A DNA stretch of 64,000 nucleotides. It comes from Sedimentisphaerales bacterium (lineage in GTDB: Bacteria > Planctomycetota > Phycisphaerae > Sedimentisphaerales > SM23-30). The stretch lies in the NCBI GenBank assembly GCA_963666285.1, contig OY762711.1, one strand, 5' to 3'. A model generated the notes under the pieces. That model did not search any database, had not been told where the DNA came from, and worked only from the letters and a program-made list of their open reading frames with translations. The position numbers were made by a program, and so were the translations under genes. Shown here in pieces: positions 49,879 through 60,922 of this stretch (its first letter is position 1; the number at the start of each line of letters is the position of its first letter).

Positions 49879-50676
49879 CTACATATATCCCAACGCTCTC
49901 AGCTTCTGCATAGTAAATGTATCTTCCTTATCCTGGGCTCGACCGGCACGCTCGGAAGTATTAGTATGCTTCAACTCATAGATTATCTCATCTACATTGC
50001 TCGCATTAGATTCGATCGGACTGCAGCAAGGCACACAACCGATACTGCGGAAACGCTTGCCTTCTTTACTGAAGTACAGTTCTGTTATCGGGATATTTTC
50101 TCGTTTGATATATTCCCAGATATCCAGCTCTGTCCAGCCCAGTAGCGGATGAACGCGGATATGCGTTTTCTCTTCAGCCTGGTTCTTATATTGATCCCAA
50201 AGCTCCGGCGGCTGATCCTGGTAGTTCCACTTAAACTCTTCGTTACGAGGCGAGAAAAATCTTTCCTTCGCCCGCACACCATGTTCGTCACGACGGATAC
50301 CAAGCAGCAACGCCTCAAAACCATGCTTTGCTATCGCCTGCTTTAACCCTTCGGTCTTAAGAGCATTACAGCAATCCAGCTTCTTTTCATTACTCATACC
50401 AGCCGCAATTGCTTCTTCATTTCGGCTCACTACCAGGTCAAAACCCCATTTCTTGGAATATTCATCACGGAACCGATACATCTCCGGGAACTTATAACTT
50501 GTATCGATATGCAAAGCCTTAAACGGAACCTTACCGAAAAACGCCTTGCGAGTCAGCCACGCCAATGTTGTCGAATCTTTACCTATCGACCACAGCAGCG
50601 CTACGTTCTTATAATGATAATAAGCTTCTCGAATAATATAAATACTCTGAGCTTCCAGTGCATCCAATCTGTCCAT
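49879..50676 (-). CDS. cysD: Sulfate adenylyltransferase subunit 2
   Basis: SIGKDS, LKTEGL, RRDE..RAKERFFSPR, QPPELW, RVHPL..WTE.DIW, FRSIGC. Confidence 0.92.
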   Translation of the reverse strand: MDRLDALEAQSIYIIREAYYHYKNVALLWSIGKDSTTLAWLTRKAFFGKVPFKALHIDTSYKFPEMYRFRDEYSKKWGFDLVVSRNEEAIAAGMSNEKKLDCCNALKTEGLKQAIAKHGFEALLLGIRRDEHGVRAKERFFSPRNEEFKWNYQDQPPELWDQYKNQAEEKTHIRVHPLLGWTELDIWEYIKRENIPITELYFSKEGKRFRSIGCVPCCSPIESNASNVDEIIYELKHTNTSERAGRAQDKEDTFTMQKLRALGYM

Positions 50677-50754
50677 TACTATCTCCTGTTTAATTATAGT
50701 TGCGAGCGGAGCGAGCTCCACCCCTTATGTCTTATGCCATATCCCTTATCCCTG

Positions 50755-52083
50755 CTATGACAAAACTTTATTCATTATCGGCCCGGCCAGATTCGTTATT
50801 TCTAACTCTTCATCCAGCTCAATACCACGCGCCACCATAAACGCATCCGGATATGTGTGCATTCCTTCCAATTCCGTCTTGACGAATACCTCGTTACCGG
50901 CAATACCAAGTTTCAGATCATAGCCATCTTTCGGCACCGCTATCAGATCCGCCGCCCGGCCAAACGGCCCGGGATGTGTCGCCACCTTAACCGGGTTCAT
51001 CACCGCCGCACCAGGTTGATCTTCCGGCCAGTAGATATCTTCCTTCATAATAACCTTATCCATTACCTGGTTACCTTCCGGATCTTTCATTTCCATCAGC
51101 TGCTTGATCAACTCATAACGTACACTCTGATAATCTTCCGGCGATACAATCCCGCCCGGCTCACGTCCCTGAACGTTCACAAACACCCTGCCTGGTATCA
51201 GGCAATACGCCTTGGTGCCTGACGGGTCTATACTCAACGGATGACGAACCTCTGCCGCCGTTTTCGTCCAGCCGTTCTCGACCATCCATCGGCTAAGCTG
51301 AACCTCATATTTGATCCGACAGAAACCGTGATCGCTAAACACCATCAGTGGCACATCGTCACCGATCTTCTCCAGCAGCTGACCGATATAATTATCAATT
51401 CGGTTATAAAACTTAAAGAATGCCGGTGCAAACTCCGGATCGTTATCTTCCATCTTTCCCCATAGAAAATGATTGATCCTGTCACTACCCATTACGTGAG
51501 TATGGAAGAAATCCCACTCCTCACGGTCAAGATAATGGAACAATGCCTCAAACCTCTTATCCAGGGTATAATCCAGATTCGCCAGCATAGCTCTCTTATC
51601 CTGACGGGCCAATGCAGCATCACTGTCAAGCTGATAATCGATAGACTTTAGATACTCAGATTCATTCGACGGAAATACCGCCTTATCAACATTCGGTGCC
51701 AGAAATCCGCCGATCAACACACCATTAATGGGCTTGGGCGGATATGTAGAAGGCACATTCATACCAAACACACGCTTACCCTTGGCTGATAGCTTCTGCC
51801 AGATATGGTCAGCGGTCATTGTTGCATTATTCGGAAACTGAAGACCCCATGTACCGGGCTCACGATCAATAAAACCATAATTACTGTGAATGCCGGGATT
51901 AACACCTGTAGCATAGCTCGCCCACGCAACCGACGATACTGTCGGCTGCACTGACTTCATTGCACTAAATCGGTTAGCCTTTGCTATAGCTGCCAGGTTC
52001 GGCATAGTTCCATCATTGAACATACGCTCCATCAAACCGTACGGCACACCATCAATACTCAATACCATAAATTTGGTAGACAT
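50755..52083 (-). CDS. Alkaline-phosphatase-superfamily nucleotide pyrophosphatase/phosphodiesterase
   Basis: SIDG, PTVSSVAW..TG.NPG.H, DRINH, SDHGF, GMH. Confidence 0.85.
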   Translation of the reverse strand: MSTKFMVLSIDGVPYGLMERMFNDGTMPNLAAIAKANRFSAMKSVQPTVSSVAWASYATGVNPGIHSNYGFIDREPGTWGLQFPNNATMTADHIWQKLSAKGKRVFGMNVPSTYPPKPINGVLIGGFLAPNVDKAVFPSNESEYLKSIDYQLDSDAALARQDKRAMLANLDYTLDKRFEALFHYLDREEWDFFHTHVMGSDRINHFLWGKMEDNDPEFAPAFFKFYNRIDNYIGQLLEKIGDDVPLMVFSDHGFCRIKYEVQLSRWMVENGWTKTAAEVRHPLSIDPSGTKAYCLIPGRVFVNVQGREPGGIVSPEDYQSVRYELIKQLMEMKDPEGNQVMDKVIMKEDIYWPEDQPGAAVMNPVKVATHPGPFGRAADLIAVPKDGYDLKLGIAGNEVFVKTELEGMHTYPDAFMVARGIELDEELEITNLAGPIMNKVLS

Positions 52084-52206
52084 TATCTCATACCTTTCTA
52101 TTTGTAGTATTATTGCTCATTAATATTTGCGTCAGCTTATAATCTATGTCACGATAGCGACACCAAGTCTTATATCTTCTAACTTAAAACATGCTGACAA
52201 CTTTTT

Positions 52207-52440
52207 TTACAGATACCCCAAAGCCTTCAGACGATCTTTCACATCTGACATCTCCTTATTGGATATCTCGCCTCTAACCTCACTGCCCCGGCTTGCCACC
52301 AGGTCACGCAAAACATAGGTCACAAAATCTGTTACAGAATTATAGCCACTACCTTCTATAGTAGTAGCTAATTTATCATATAATGGCCTTGGTATCTTAA
52401 TTGTTACTTTATTATGGCCGTTTTTCTTTTCTTCTGACAT
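52207..52440 (-). CDS. CopG/ribbon-helix-helix regulator
   Basis: VTIKIPRPLY...SVTDFVTYVLR; C-terminal RLKALGYL; RBS aggag. Confidence 0.85.
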   Translation of the reverse strand: MSEEKKNGHNKVTIKIPRPLYDKLATTIEGSGYNSVTDFVTYVLRDLVASRGSEVRGEISNKEMSDVKDRLKALGYL

Positions 52441-52814
52441 ATTTTCTCCTGGGAACGCTGAGCTTTAGCTCGGCATATTCGCCGCCAGGCGATTGTAAAT
52501 AGTGACGAGCGTAAGCGAGTACCGCAATTCTTCACCCGCTTTAGCGACATGCGAAGCATACATCGCTCTTCACTCTTAACTCACTCTTATTTTCTATATT
52601 ATAGAAAATAAGAGTGCTATAACACTCTCATTAGAGTCCAAAATGCTCAAAAAATCAAGAAAAATTCAATATTCACAGATTTTCAGTAACAATCAACCTC
52701 TATACCCGTCTATACTTATAACATAATTTAAGGATTATTCTGGATATATGGATTATTCCGACATACAATCTAACCGGTTGTTATATATATGGTTATTTCA
52801 CAAGGAGATAAAAA

Positions 52815-53261
52815 ATGCTTAAAAACGCAATCCTTCTACTGGCTATCACACTCACTCTTCTGGCATGCGGCTGTAAATCTCAGCAGCAATTGGAACACGA
52901 GCGGGAATTAATGAAAATGACCTGCGAACAAAATAACGCCACCATGACTAAATTAATGGAATATTCCCAGGAGTCAAAAGCTCAATCCAAGGCCTCAGTA
53001 AAACCCAATCACTTTCTTGAAGGTGCAGAATTAGTTGGCGGCGGCCTTCTGATCGAATGGAAAGTACCGGCTGAAGGCACATGCTATTACACCTGGAACA
53101 GTAAAATCATCCAAACCAAATCTGTTGATTTAGGTGAATATTTTGAGATCAACATTTCGCCTGATGAAACTGAAAATATTATATCAGCCAAAAATATGTT
53201 CGGCATCGAACCTGATGAACCTATCATCGCCGAACTTTGGTTCAAACCAAAACAACAATAA
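52815..53261 (+). CDS. Hypothetical lipoprotein
   Basis: Lipobox-like LLACGC; RBS aaggag. Confidence 0.7.
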   Translation: MLKNAILLLAITLTLLACGCKSQQQLEHERELMKMTCEQNNATMTKLMEYSQESKAQSKASVKPNHFLEGAELVGGGLLIEWKVPAEGTCYYTWNSKIIQTKSVDLGEYFEINISPDETENIISAKNMFGIEPDEPIIAELWFKPKQQ

Positions 53262-53386
53262 CTTATATGTTAACTAATAATAAATCAGCATCCCGATTGT
53301 TGAGCGTAGCGAAATCCCGGTATATCGGGACACCTTCCCTAATACCTGATAACAAATACCTTCTAGTTCCTATTATTGAGGTCATC

Positions 53387-54706
53387 ATGAAAAAAACAAT
53401 ATTTGCATTCTTGATACTACTATCTCTTGTCATTACCGGTTGTGTTATTGTCCATAGCGACGGAAAATCTTTCCAATACCACAAAAACAATCCCGAACAT
53501 ATCCAGATTGTCGCCAACCAGATAGAATTCTCAGAAGAAGGACAGGCTCTATTCAAAGGCAAATGGTCCGCCAGCGGCAACTGGAAAAATGTTAACCACA
53601 TCACACTCATGATAGAAAACTTCTCAAATGAGACCGGCCAGAGCACCTGGGCTACAACTCTAAACACCGACCAGATCGAAGGGCTGCCGTTGCTTACCTC
53701 AGAAGAGTTCAACCCGGAATTCTCTTTTAAAATCATTCGCAGCTATGGCACAATGACCTTCACTGGCAAACGCAAAAACAAAGATGCTGCCGGTGAAATA
53801 TCTCTTGAAATTGATAGTGCCTACCTGGCAAAGATCAAGGAACTTACCGGCAGTGACATCACCAACAGCCAGGTCATCGAGCTATGGTGCTACCAGGTCA
53901 GCCCTGAATATATCCAGAAAATATCAACTGCATTCAATAATAAGATTTCCATCAACGACATTATCAACCTGTCTCGCTATAATGTCAAATCGGAATTCGT
54001 TACCGCATACAAGGAAGCCGGCTACAACTTCACTCCGGCTAACTATATCAAGCTCGACCGCTACAACGTCAAGCCCTCTTATGCCGCCGCCTACAAAAAA
54101 GGTGAATTCGATTTCAATACCGACCAGCTCATCCAGTTGGACCGCTACAACGTTAAGCCAGCAGAAATGATCGAATTCAAAAAACTCGGATATAACTTTG
54201 ATATCGAATCCATGATCAAGGCAGACAGGTACAACGTCCACCCTTCTTACGCTAAAAAGTTCCAGGATGCTGGCTATCAGTTCAACCTCGAACAGCTCAT
54301 CAAGGCCGATCGATACAACATCAAACCCGAAGATATGGCCGTCTTCAGAAACGCCGGTTATGATTTCAATATCGAGACAATGATCAAGGCTGACCGCTAT
54401 AACATCAACCCGGAATACGCCCAACAGTTCAAACACGCCGGCTGCGAATTCACACTCGACCAGCTTATCGACCTCGACCGGTACAACATCAAGCCAGGCT
54501 ATGTCGTACCGCTCAAAGAACTCGGCTACAACTTCTCTATCGATGAACTGAAGAACCTTAAACGATACAATGTCTCTGTTGACTACATTACAACCATACA
54601 CAACCCAGACTACGAAAACTTTTCAGCCCAGGAAATTATCGAATTCAAAAAATCCAATATGTCAGCCGAAACCATCAAAAAAATACGCAGCAAAAAAGCT
54701 AAATAA
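53387..54706 (+). CDS. Lipoprotein with 28-aa RYN tandem repeats
   Basis: Lipobox VITGC; eight LIxxDRYNxxPxYxxxFxxxGYxF repeats. Confidence 0.8.
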   Translation: MKKTIFAFLILLSLVITGCVIVHSDGKSFQYHKNNPEHIQIVANQIEFSEEGQALFKGKWSASGNWKNVNHITLMIENFSNETGQSTWATTLNTDQIEGLPLLTSEEFNPEFSFKIIRSYGTMTFTGKRKNKDAAGEISLEIDSAYLAKIKELTGSDITNSQVIELWCYQVSPEYIQKISTAFNNKISINDIINLSRYNVKSEFVTAYKEAGYNFTPANYIKLDRYNVKPSYAAAYKKGEFDFNTDQLIQLDRYNVKPAEMIEFKKLGYNFDIESMIKADRYNVHPSYAKKFQDAGYQFNLEQLIKADRYNIKPEDMAVFRNAGYDFNIETMIKADRYNINPEYAQQFKHAGCEFTLDQLIDLDRYNIKPGYVVPLKELGYNFSIDELKNLKRYNVSVDYITTIHNPDYENFSAQEIIEFKKSNMSAETIKKIRSKKAK

Positions 54707-54713
54707 TATTATA

Positions 54714-54873
54714 GGTGACCTCTGGAAATTGCTTTTGATGCGATAGTTTAAGATTTTGGTTGCTGGCAAGGAACATAAAATCGTGCATATTGGCTATATT
54801 CACTGTTTTATGTGACACATGTCAGCAAGTAAAAGAAAAACTTGTCGCTCAAAATTAATTTTCAGAGATTGCC
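54714..54873. mobile_element. MITE (160 bp), second copy
   Basis: Near-identical to 49603-49763; TATA duplicated on both sides. Confidence 0.85.
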
Positions 54874-54902
54874 TATAAGTTTACTTTCGCACTATAATAA
54901 AT

Positions 54903-55229
54903 ATGCAAATCATAGAAGACACTAAATTTGGAAGACGCTATCTAATAGGAAATTTTCTATATTTAATTCCTGGCATAATTGCATTTTACTTTGCTGTTAG
55001 AAATTGGGAAGAATTTAATTCAACCTGCAAAATCAGCATTGGCATTTTCATCGGATGTATCCTATTTGGAATTGGCCTTGATATATTCCGATTCAGAACC
55101 TACAAATGCCCCAAATGCAAAACACACATACCACAGAAAATTGTAGATGAAAATAATGGACGCATCTTTTATTACTGCGAAAGATGTGATATAAAATGGG
55201 ACACAACACTAAGCATAGATAACCATTAA
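54903..55229 (+). CDS. Small 2-TM protein with Zn ribbon
   Basis: Two hydrophobic segments; CPKC...CERC. Confidence 0.7.
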   Translation: MQIIEDTKFGRRYLIGNFLYLIPGIIAFYFAVRNWEEFNSTCKISIGIFIGCILFGIGLDIFRFRTYKCPKCKTHIPQKIVDENNGRIFYYCERCDIKWDTTLSIDNH

Positions 55230-55252
55230 ATTATTAAAAACAAGGACCGACC

Positions 55253-56146
55253 ATGCGAACAGTATTATTTATTTCTATCGTATTGTTCTTTATTTCTGGT
55301 TGTTCCCAACCAGGCAAATCCACTTCACTGCCGGTACCATACCGCAACTGGGAATCGAACTCCGTCACAGCCAATGGCATCATGATCCATTACTGGCGCA
55401 CTGGCGGCCAGAATAAACCCGTTATCATTATGGCCCACGGCATAACTGACTATGGACTTAACTGGGCTTCGCTCGCCGCCAGGCTTCAAAATGATTATGA
55501 TATCATCATGTACGATGCCAGGGGGCATGGTTTCTCTCAGAAACCGGACGAGCCATACTCCCTCAATGCTCACATGCTGGATCTCGTCGGCCTTATAGAA
55601 GCTCTAAAAATCCAAAAGCCTATCCTGATCGGCCATTCGATGGGCGGCTCTACCGTAGCACTCACCGCCGCCACTTACCCAAACCTGCCCGCAGCTGTCA
55701 TCATGGAAGACCCGCCCATGGAAGAAGCCCTGGAACATCTTTCCCCCGACATACATAGCGATTGGAAAAACTCCGTTGAAAAAATGAACATCACCCCAAA
55801 ATTGCAGCTCATGAAAGACGCAGAAACTAAATATCATCCCGGCTGGTCTAAATTCGAATACGACCTCTGGGCTGAGTCCAAACATCTGGTGCACCCAAAC
55901 GTTATAGATATCCTCCTGCAAGGCGGTTTCGGAAACCCAAGAACTATCTTTACTAAAATTATTGCACCCACTCTAATTCTAAAAGCTGACACCGACAACC
56001 CTGATTACCGCCAGAGACACCTCGACGCCACCGGACTTATTCACAACGGCAGACTCATACATATCAAAGGTGCAAGCCACCTTATCAGAAAAGACAAGCC
56101 GATACAAACAGAACAGGAAATCCGTAAATTCCTTAACAAACTCTAA
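55253..56146 (+). CDS. Alpha/beta hydrolase lipoprotein
   Basis: Lipobox ISGC; HG, DARGHG, GHSMG, GASH. Confidence 0.9.
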   Translation: MRTVLFISIVLFFISGCSQPGKSTSLPVPYRNWESNSVTANGIMIHYWRTGGQNKPVIIMAHGITDYGLNWASLAARLQNDYDIIMYDARGHGFSQKPDEPYSLNAHMLDLVGLIEALKIQKPILIGHSMGGSTVALTAATYPNLPAAVIMEDPPMEEALEHLSPDIHSDWKNSVEKMNITPKLQLMKDAETKYHPGWSKFEYDLWAESKHLVHPNVIDILLQGGFGNPRTIFTKIIAPTLILKADTDNPDYRQRHLDATGLIHNGRLIHIKGASHLIRKDKPIQTEQEIRKFLNKL

Positions 56147-56256
56147 ACTTAATAGCGATTGCAATTCTTCTCTACCTGATTACTCAAGGTGAACAATTTC
56201 AAACTTTATTCTTTTTAACATCTAACCCCTTTCAAACCGGCTATCGGTCAGTTTGG

Positions 56257-57603
56257 TTAATTAATATATTTACCAAACTGCTCGATAACGTATTTGTCAT
56301 ATCCATCGATGCTTTTCTTCTTCTTGTATTTTTCTATCAGCTCTTGCGGTATTTCAGCTCCGGCCTTTAGCAATTCTTCCAGGACAAATGCTTCTCTCTT
56401 GATCGCTACGGTCAGTGCTGTCGCTCCATCTTTCTCCCTCATAAAATTCACATCAGCTCCGGCTTCAAGCAGCTCTTTAATACAATTTGTGCCACCTTGC
56501 TCAACAGCCAGCATCAATGGAGTTTTTTCTGCGATCTTATTAAAACTATTCACATCAGCTCCGGCGGCAATATAAGCTTTAACTTTATCGCTCCTGCCGT
56601 CGTCAATAGCTTTCCATAATTCACTATCCCGATCTATACCCTTTGCTTCTATGATCAACTTGAGAATATCAGCATTCTTACTATTGATTGCACAATCTAA
56701 ACATGTCATACCATTGAAATATTCAACATCCAGGTCAGGCTCATAATTTAGCACCAGCTCAACCATTTCAGGCTTACAACTTCTGATAGCCGCAAATAAT
56801 GGGTCATAACTCAATTTATGACTTAAATGAATATCAGCCCCAACTTCAAGCAAAAGCTTCACAACTTCTGTTTGTCCTTTATATAGTGCCGCCAGGATTG
56901 CTGTGCTAACTTCATCTTTACTTAAAAGGTTAACATCTGCACCTTTGTCGATTAATGTCTTTACTATTTCAATATGCCCATTCTGTGCTGCATAATACAA
57001 AGCACTATGATTATCAACACACACAGTATTTACATTTGCTCCTTTTTCTATCAGTAAATCTACTATTTCTTTATGACCGTACTCTGCCGCCAACAACAGC
57101 GGAGTAGCATCACATTCACCATCTACATCACAACCAAGACTCAAAAAATATTTGACTAAATCCATATCACCATTTTGTGCCGCAACATGCATTGCTGTAA
57201 ATCCATTACATTCTAATATCGCCCCTTCTTCAACCAGCATATGAACGATCTTATCACACCTTCTATCAACTGCGACCATCAATAAACTGGAATCTCCAAA
57301 GCCTGATTCGTTCTGCTCAAATCCTACTTTATACTCACCTGCACTATAAATTCCGCCAACTCCACACCAACCGCAGCATCGCACCGATTTGATCTTATAA
57401 TTGACATCAGCACCGGCATCTAATAATCTTTTTATCTCATCATATGATTCGTCCGTCATATTCAATGCTGTGCGATCCAGTTCCTCATTAAGCTCACGCA
57501 CTCGAATATCATTACACGTTGACCATACGATCCATATTGTCAGACCTGAAATAGACAACAGCAGCCAGTGATATTTAATTAAATTCTTTAACATAATTAC
57601 CAA
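56257..57603 (-). CDS. Membrane-anchored ankyrin-repeat protein
   Basis: Multiple TPLxxA...GADVN repeats. Confidence 0.9.
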   Translation of the reverse strand: MVIMLKNLIKYHWLLLSISGLTIWIVWSTCNDIRVRELNEELDRTALNMTDESYDEIKRLLDAGADVNYKIKSVRCCGWCGVGGIYSAGEYKVGFEQNESGFGDSSLLMVAVDRRCDKIVHMLVEEGAILECNGFTAMHVAAQNGDMDLVKYFLSLGCDVDGECDATPLLLAAEYGHKEIVDLLIEKGANVNTVCVDNHSALYYAAQNGHIEIVKTLIDKGADVNLLSKDEVSTAILAALYKGQTEVVKLLLEVGADIHLSHKLSYDPLFAAIRSCKPEMVELVLNYEPDLDVEYFNGMTCLDCAINSKNADILKLIIEAKGIDRDSELWKAIDDGRSDKVKAYIAAGADVNSFNKIAEKTPLMLAVEQGGTNCIKELLEAGADVNFMREKDGATALTVAIKREAFVLEELLKAGAEIPQELIEKYKKKKSIDGYDKYVIEQFGKYIN

Positions 57604-58017
57604 CCATTCTGTAACTCAACAATATCGGCAAATAACCACTCTTTCGATACCGATTATTATATATCATATTGTTTTCATATCAAGAGTATTAACCTTCGAT
57701 TTACGCCCATTTTACAGTGCGGCAATATCGTCGGGAAAAACTTTTCGCCCGAACTTAAAATATCAACACATTTCTGGCACATGACCAAATTCCACACTAA
57801 AGCCTTAACTCTAATTAAACTAACCCTTTATAGAATAAAATAACATTCCATCATTATCGATCGATCCTGCTTTTTACATTATTTCCTTGAACTTGAAACG
57901 CAATTTCTGGTAACATAAAAGATGTGTTTTATTGTGATTTTTACGTTTTCAACATCGTTCCACACACTTTAAGTGAAACGATGGACATTTAATCTAAATC
58001 ATATTGGAGGTTTTAAA

Positions 58018-58695
58018 ATGAGAAAAATTTTAATGGCGATTGTTGTTATGGCCCTTTCCATGTCTGCCCATGCCGGATATTACATTGCCGGTGAATATAA
58101 TGGATGGGATGCCGGTGCAAATGAAATGACCGATAATGGTGACGGCACTTACTCATACACTGTTACTGGTTTAGACGCCGGCCAGCGACAGGAATTCAAA
58201 ATCACCGACGGCACATGGGACTGGAATTTCCCAGGACCAAACAGCTGGTACTATACCGATGCCAACGGTGAAGTCACTATCACTTTCAATACAAACGAAG
58301 TTAATGACGGATGGTCAACAAATATCAACCGCATACAGCTCAGTACAGATCCCGGCACATGGACAATCGCCGGTAGTTTCCAGGGCTGGGACAATGCTAA
58401 CGCCGCTACCGCTATGACATCAATTGGCGGCGGTATCTACTCTCTTTCCCAGACTCTCGATGCTGGTACTTACTATTTTAAGGCTGTCGTTACCGGCACC
58501 TGGGATTCTATCAGCTGGGACAACCGCTCTGTCGGTACTGACAATATTACCCTGGACCTTACCGAAACTCAGGATGTAATTTTCTACGTTGACGCTTTTA
58601 GCGGAACAATCAAAACTGAAGTTGTTCCGGAACCGGCTACTATGGCTCTTCTCGGCTTTGGCGCTTTCGCTATCCACCGCCGCAGAAAAGCATAA
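58018..58695 (+). CDS. PEP-CTERM protein with two starch-binding/SusE-like Ig domains
   Basis: RBS ggagg; IAGEYNGWD..MTD.GDG.Y and IAGSFQGWD; VPEPATMALLGFGAFAIHRRRK. Confidence 0.85.
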   Translation: MRKILMAIVVMALSMSAHAGYYIAGEYNGWDAGANEMTDNGDGTYSYTVTGLDAGQRQEFKITDGTWDWNFPGPNSWYYTDANGEVTITFNTNEVNDGWSTNINRIQLSTDPGTWTIAGSFQGWDNANAATAMTSIGGGIYSLSQTLDAGTYYFKAVVTGTWDSISWDNRSVGTDNITLDLTETQDVIFYVDAFSGTIKTEVVPEPATMALLGFGAFAIHRRRKA

Positions 58696-58718
58696 CATAA
58701 TCATTGTCTAACAAACTT

Positions 58719-58758
58719 AAAGCCGTTTCTGACTCTTGATCAGAAGCGGCTTTTTTTT
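58719..58758 (+). terminator. Intrinsic terminator
   Basis: aagccgtttctga-ctcttga-tcagaagcggctt followed by a T tract. Confidence 0.75.
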
Positions 58759-58773
58759 ATAATCAAAATATCA

Positions 58774-58972
58774 GTTTGCTTTCGCAGTTTTCAAGTTGCA
58801 AAAATCGCCTAAAAGGGCCTTCCTGCAACGCTTTGAGTTAAATATACTTTCGAGAATTAGCTCGGAAATACATTTAAATATAAAGTTTCTCATTCACAAG
58901 GCCTTGTTCTGGCCTTTGCGTGTAATGTTGAACAGTCAAAAGTGCGCCATGCATATGATGCGAAGCATAAAC
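58774..58972. repeat. Repeat family A copy (MITE-like)
   Basis: gtttgctttcgca...tgcgaagcataaac imperfect terminal inversion; similar to 62219-62445. Confidence 0.75.
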
Positions 58973-58987
58973 CGCACTATCAAACTT

Positions 58988-60922
58988 TCACTTTAACCAG
59001 TATCTCAAAATCCAACTCAAATCGCCAACATCAATAACACCATCTGCTGCACAATCCATACCACCTTCAAAATAATCACTTCCAGCTCCTGCCAGCCAGC
59101 TCTCGGCCAATGCACTAAAATCTATCAGGTCGATCTTAACATCACCGTTAACATCACCGCATATCTCCAGGCTGCCAGAAACCTCCAGTTCAAGTATAGT
59201 TGTATATGTCTGCGTCCCGCCCGGCCGCCCGACTATACGAACCTCATCGCCCGTCACCGGTTCAAATGATATCGTTATTACCTGATACATCTTATCCTTA
59301 TCCAGAAGCTCGGAAAAACTCACTCCCTCAACAGACTTCTGCTCACCTTCTTGATATATCTCAACATGCATATCTTCAAAATGACCGCCCCGACGCTCGC
59401 TTGTTCTATTGTAATCATTAATACTTGCCCAGACTGTATCACCTTCATAAAATGTCACCGCATCAAAAACAACTTTCCTCGAAAACTTAACGCCATAATA
59501 ATCCTCCGCACGACCAATCCCCGCTGAGCTGTAACTGCGATACGGCCTCACCCCGCTATAACTGTTATCCTTTATCCCATCAATAATCCCTCCCAGGTTA
59601 TACAGGTCATTACCCGTATTATAATTCGCCACCATCGCCACCGGCACAACTTCCAGACCTGCATCTAATGCTTCTATCACCAATCCATCAGGCCCGGCCG
59701 GTTCAACTTTCTCCGGTACATCTGCCGATTCTCCCAAATCTGATATTATATAATTATCTCCTTCGACAAACCCGCCGTTCGATGCAATATTTTCCTCTGC
59801 AAGATCAGCTATCCGGTTCGCCAGTACCGTTATATCTTCATATTGCGGCATGCCCACTTCCGGATCAGGCAAATACCGCCTGTATATATTCTGATATGTA
59901 TTACTGCAAACATCGCTGCCAAACAAATCCTGCGGCAGACCGCTCCGGCCATTCATCACACCAAGTATACCGCCGGCTATTGCCGGGTTACAGTCACAAT
60001 CCCAGCCTGCCAGCACACCAACTCGCACTGTCTCTTTATAATCTCCCTGGCCATACAGCAGACACATAACAGTCGCTCCCAGATTTACCGTCGACTCAAT
60101 CCAGTTATAATACCGGCCATTAGCATAGCTGCCCCCGCCGTAATAATCATACAGCTTACGCCTGGTAGCCCGCCAGTCTGCCGCACCATCTGCCATATCT
60201 TCTTCATACCAGCTCACAACATCACTTACAACCCGGTAGCTCCTGCTGCTGACCGGCATAACTTCCATCGCCTTCGCTACCAGCACATTAACATCACTCT
60301 CAAAAAATGCATACGAATACATCGCCACCTGAAATTGTGCCGCATGTACCGCAAAACCATCATTCGATACTCCGGCAAACTTTGCTGCCAGACCTATCGC
60401 CTGCTGCGTCATTCCGGGACTTACAACCCCTAAAACTTCAGTTGTTATCTGGCTGTCAATCGAATACCAGTGCTGGTTATATCCCCGACTGCCGGTCGCT
60501 GGCGGCATAAACCCATCGCCCATCAAAAACAATGCCTGGCGATTTGATATATATATACCGTTGGTCGTTATATGAGTCAGCCATTGAGCCGCTATATCCT
60601 CACCACTAACCCCAAAACCGTGTTCTTCCAATATATGCAATGCCACATACTCAACATCAGTATCATCATCACCCGGCCAGCTCTCACCCGGAACTTTCAA
60701 AATCCATCCAATGCTATCTGAAGGATTCCCTGTTGCTCCGGAATATTTCCCTTCGGTACTTCGCCCAGCCATATTCGCAACTATCTGGCCCAGCCACATA
60801 CCTTCCGCCTTATCCACCAGCTCAGCTCTCGTCAGCTCCTCTTCTGCCAGACAAGACGCACCCAAAATCACCGCTAAAACCAGACCCAAAATTACATTTC
60901 TTCTTTCTCTCTTCATAGCCAT
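58988..60922 (-). CDS. Secreted ADP-ribosylglycohydrolase-family protein with dockerin-like tail
   Basis: GDDDTD, GWDCDCN..AGGILG; GDVNGDVKIDLIDF. Confidence 0.8.
   Translation of the reverse strand: MAMKRERRNVILGLVLAVILGASCLAEEELTRAELVDKAEGMWLGQIVANMAGRSTEGKYSGATGNPSDSIGWILKVPGESWPGDDDTDVEYVALHILEEHGFGVSGEDIAAQWLTHITTNGIYISNRQALFLMGDGFMPPATGSRGYNQHWYSIDSQITTEVLGVVSPGMTQQAIGLAAKFAGVSNDGFAVHAAQFQVAMYSYAFFESDVNVLVAKAMEVMPVSSRSYRVVSDVVSWYEEDMADGAADWRATRRKLYDYYGGGSYANGRYYNWIESTVNLGATVMCLLYGQGDYKETVRVGVLAGWDCDCNPAIAGGILGVMNGRSGLPQDLFGSDVCSNTYQNIYRRYLPDPEVGMPQYEDITVLANRIADLAEENIASNGGFVEGDNYIISDLGESADVPEKVEPAGPDGLVIEALDAGLEVVPVAMVANYNTGNDLYNLGGIIDGIKDNSYSGVRPYRSYSSAGIGRAEDYYGVKFSRKVVFDAVTFYEGDTVWASINDYNRTSERRGGHFEDMHVEIYQEGEQKSVEGVSFSELLDKDKMYQVITISFEPVTGDEVRIVGRPGGTQTYTTILELEVSGSLEICGDVNGDVKIDLIDFSALAESWLAGAGSDYFEGGMDCAADGVIDVGDLSWILRYWLK

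Noticed and set aside
53924..54601. Long antisense ORFs (also 16693-17355, 48342-48971, 59843-60433 and others)
   Set aside because: They lie opposite well-supported genes and have no motifs; shadow frames.
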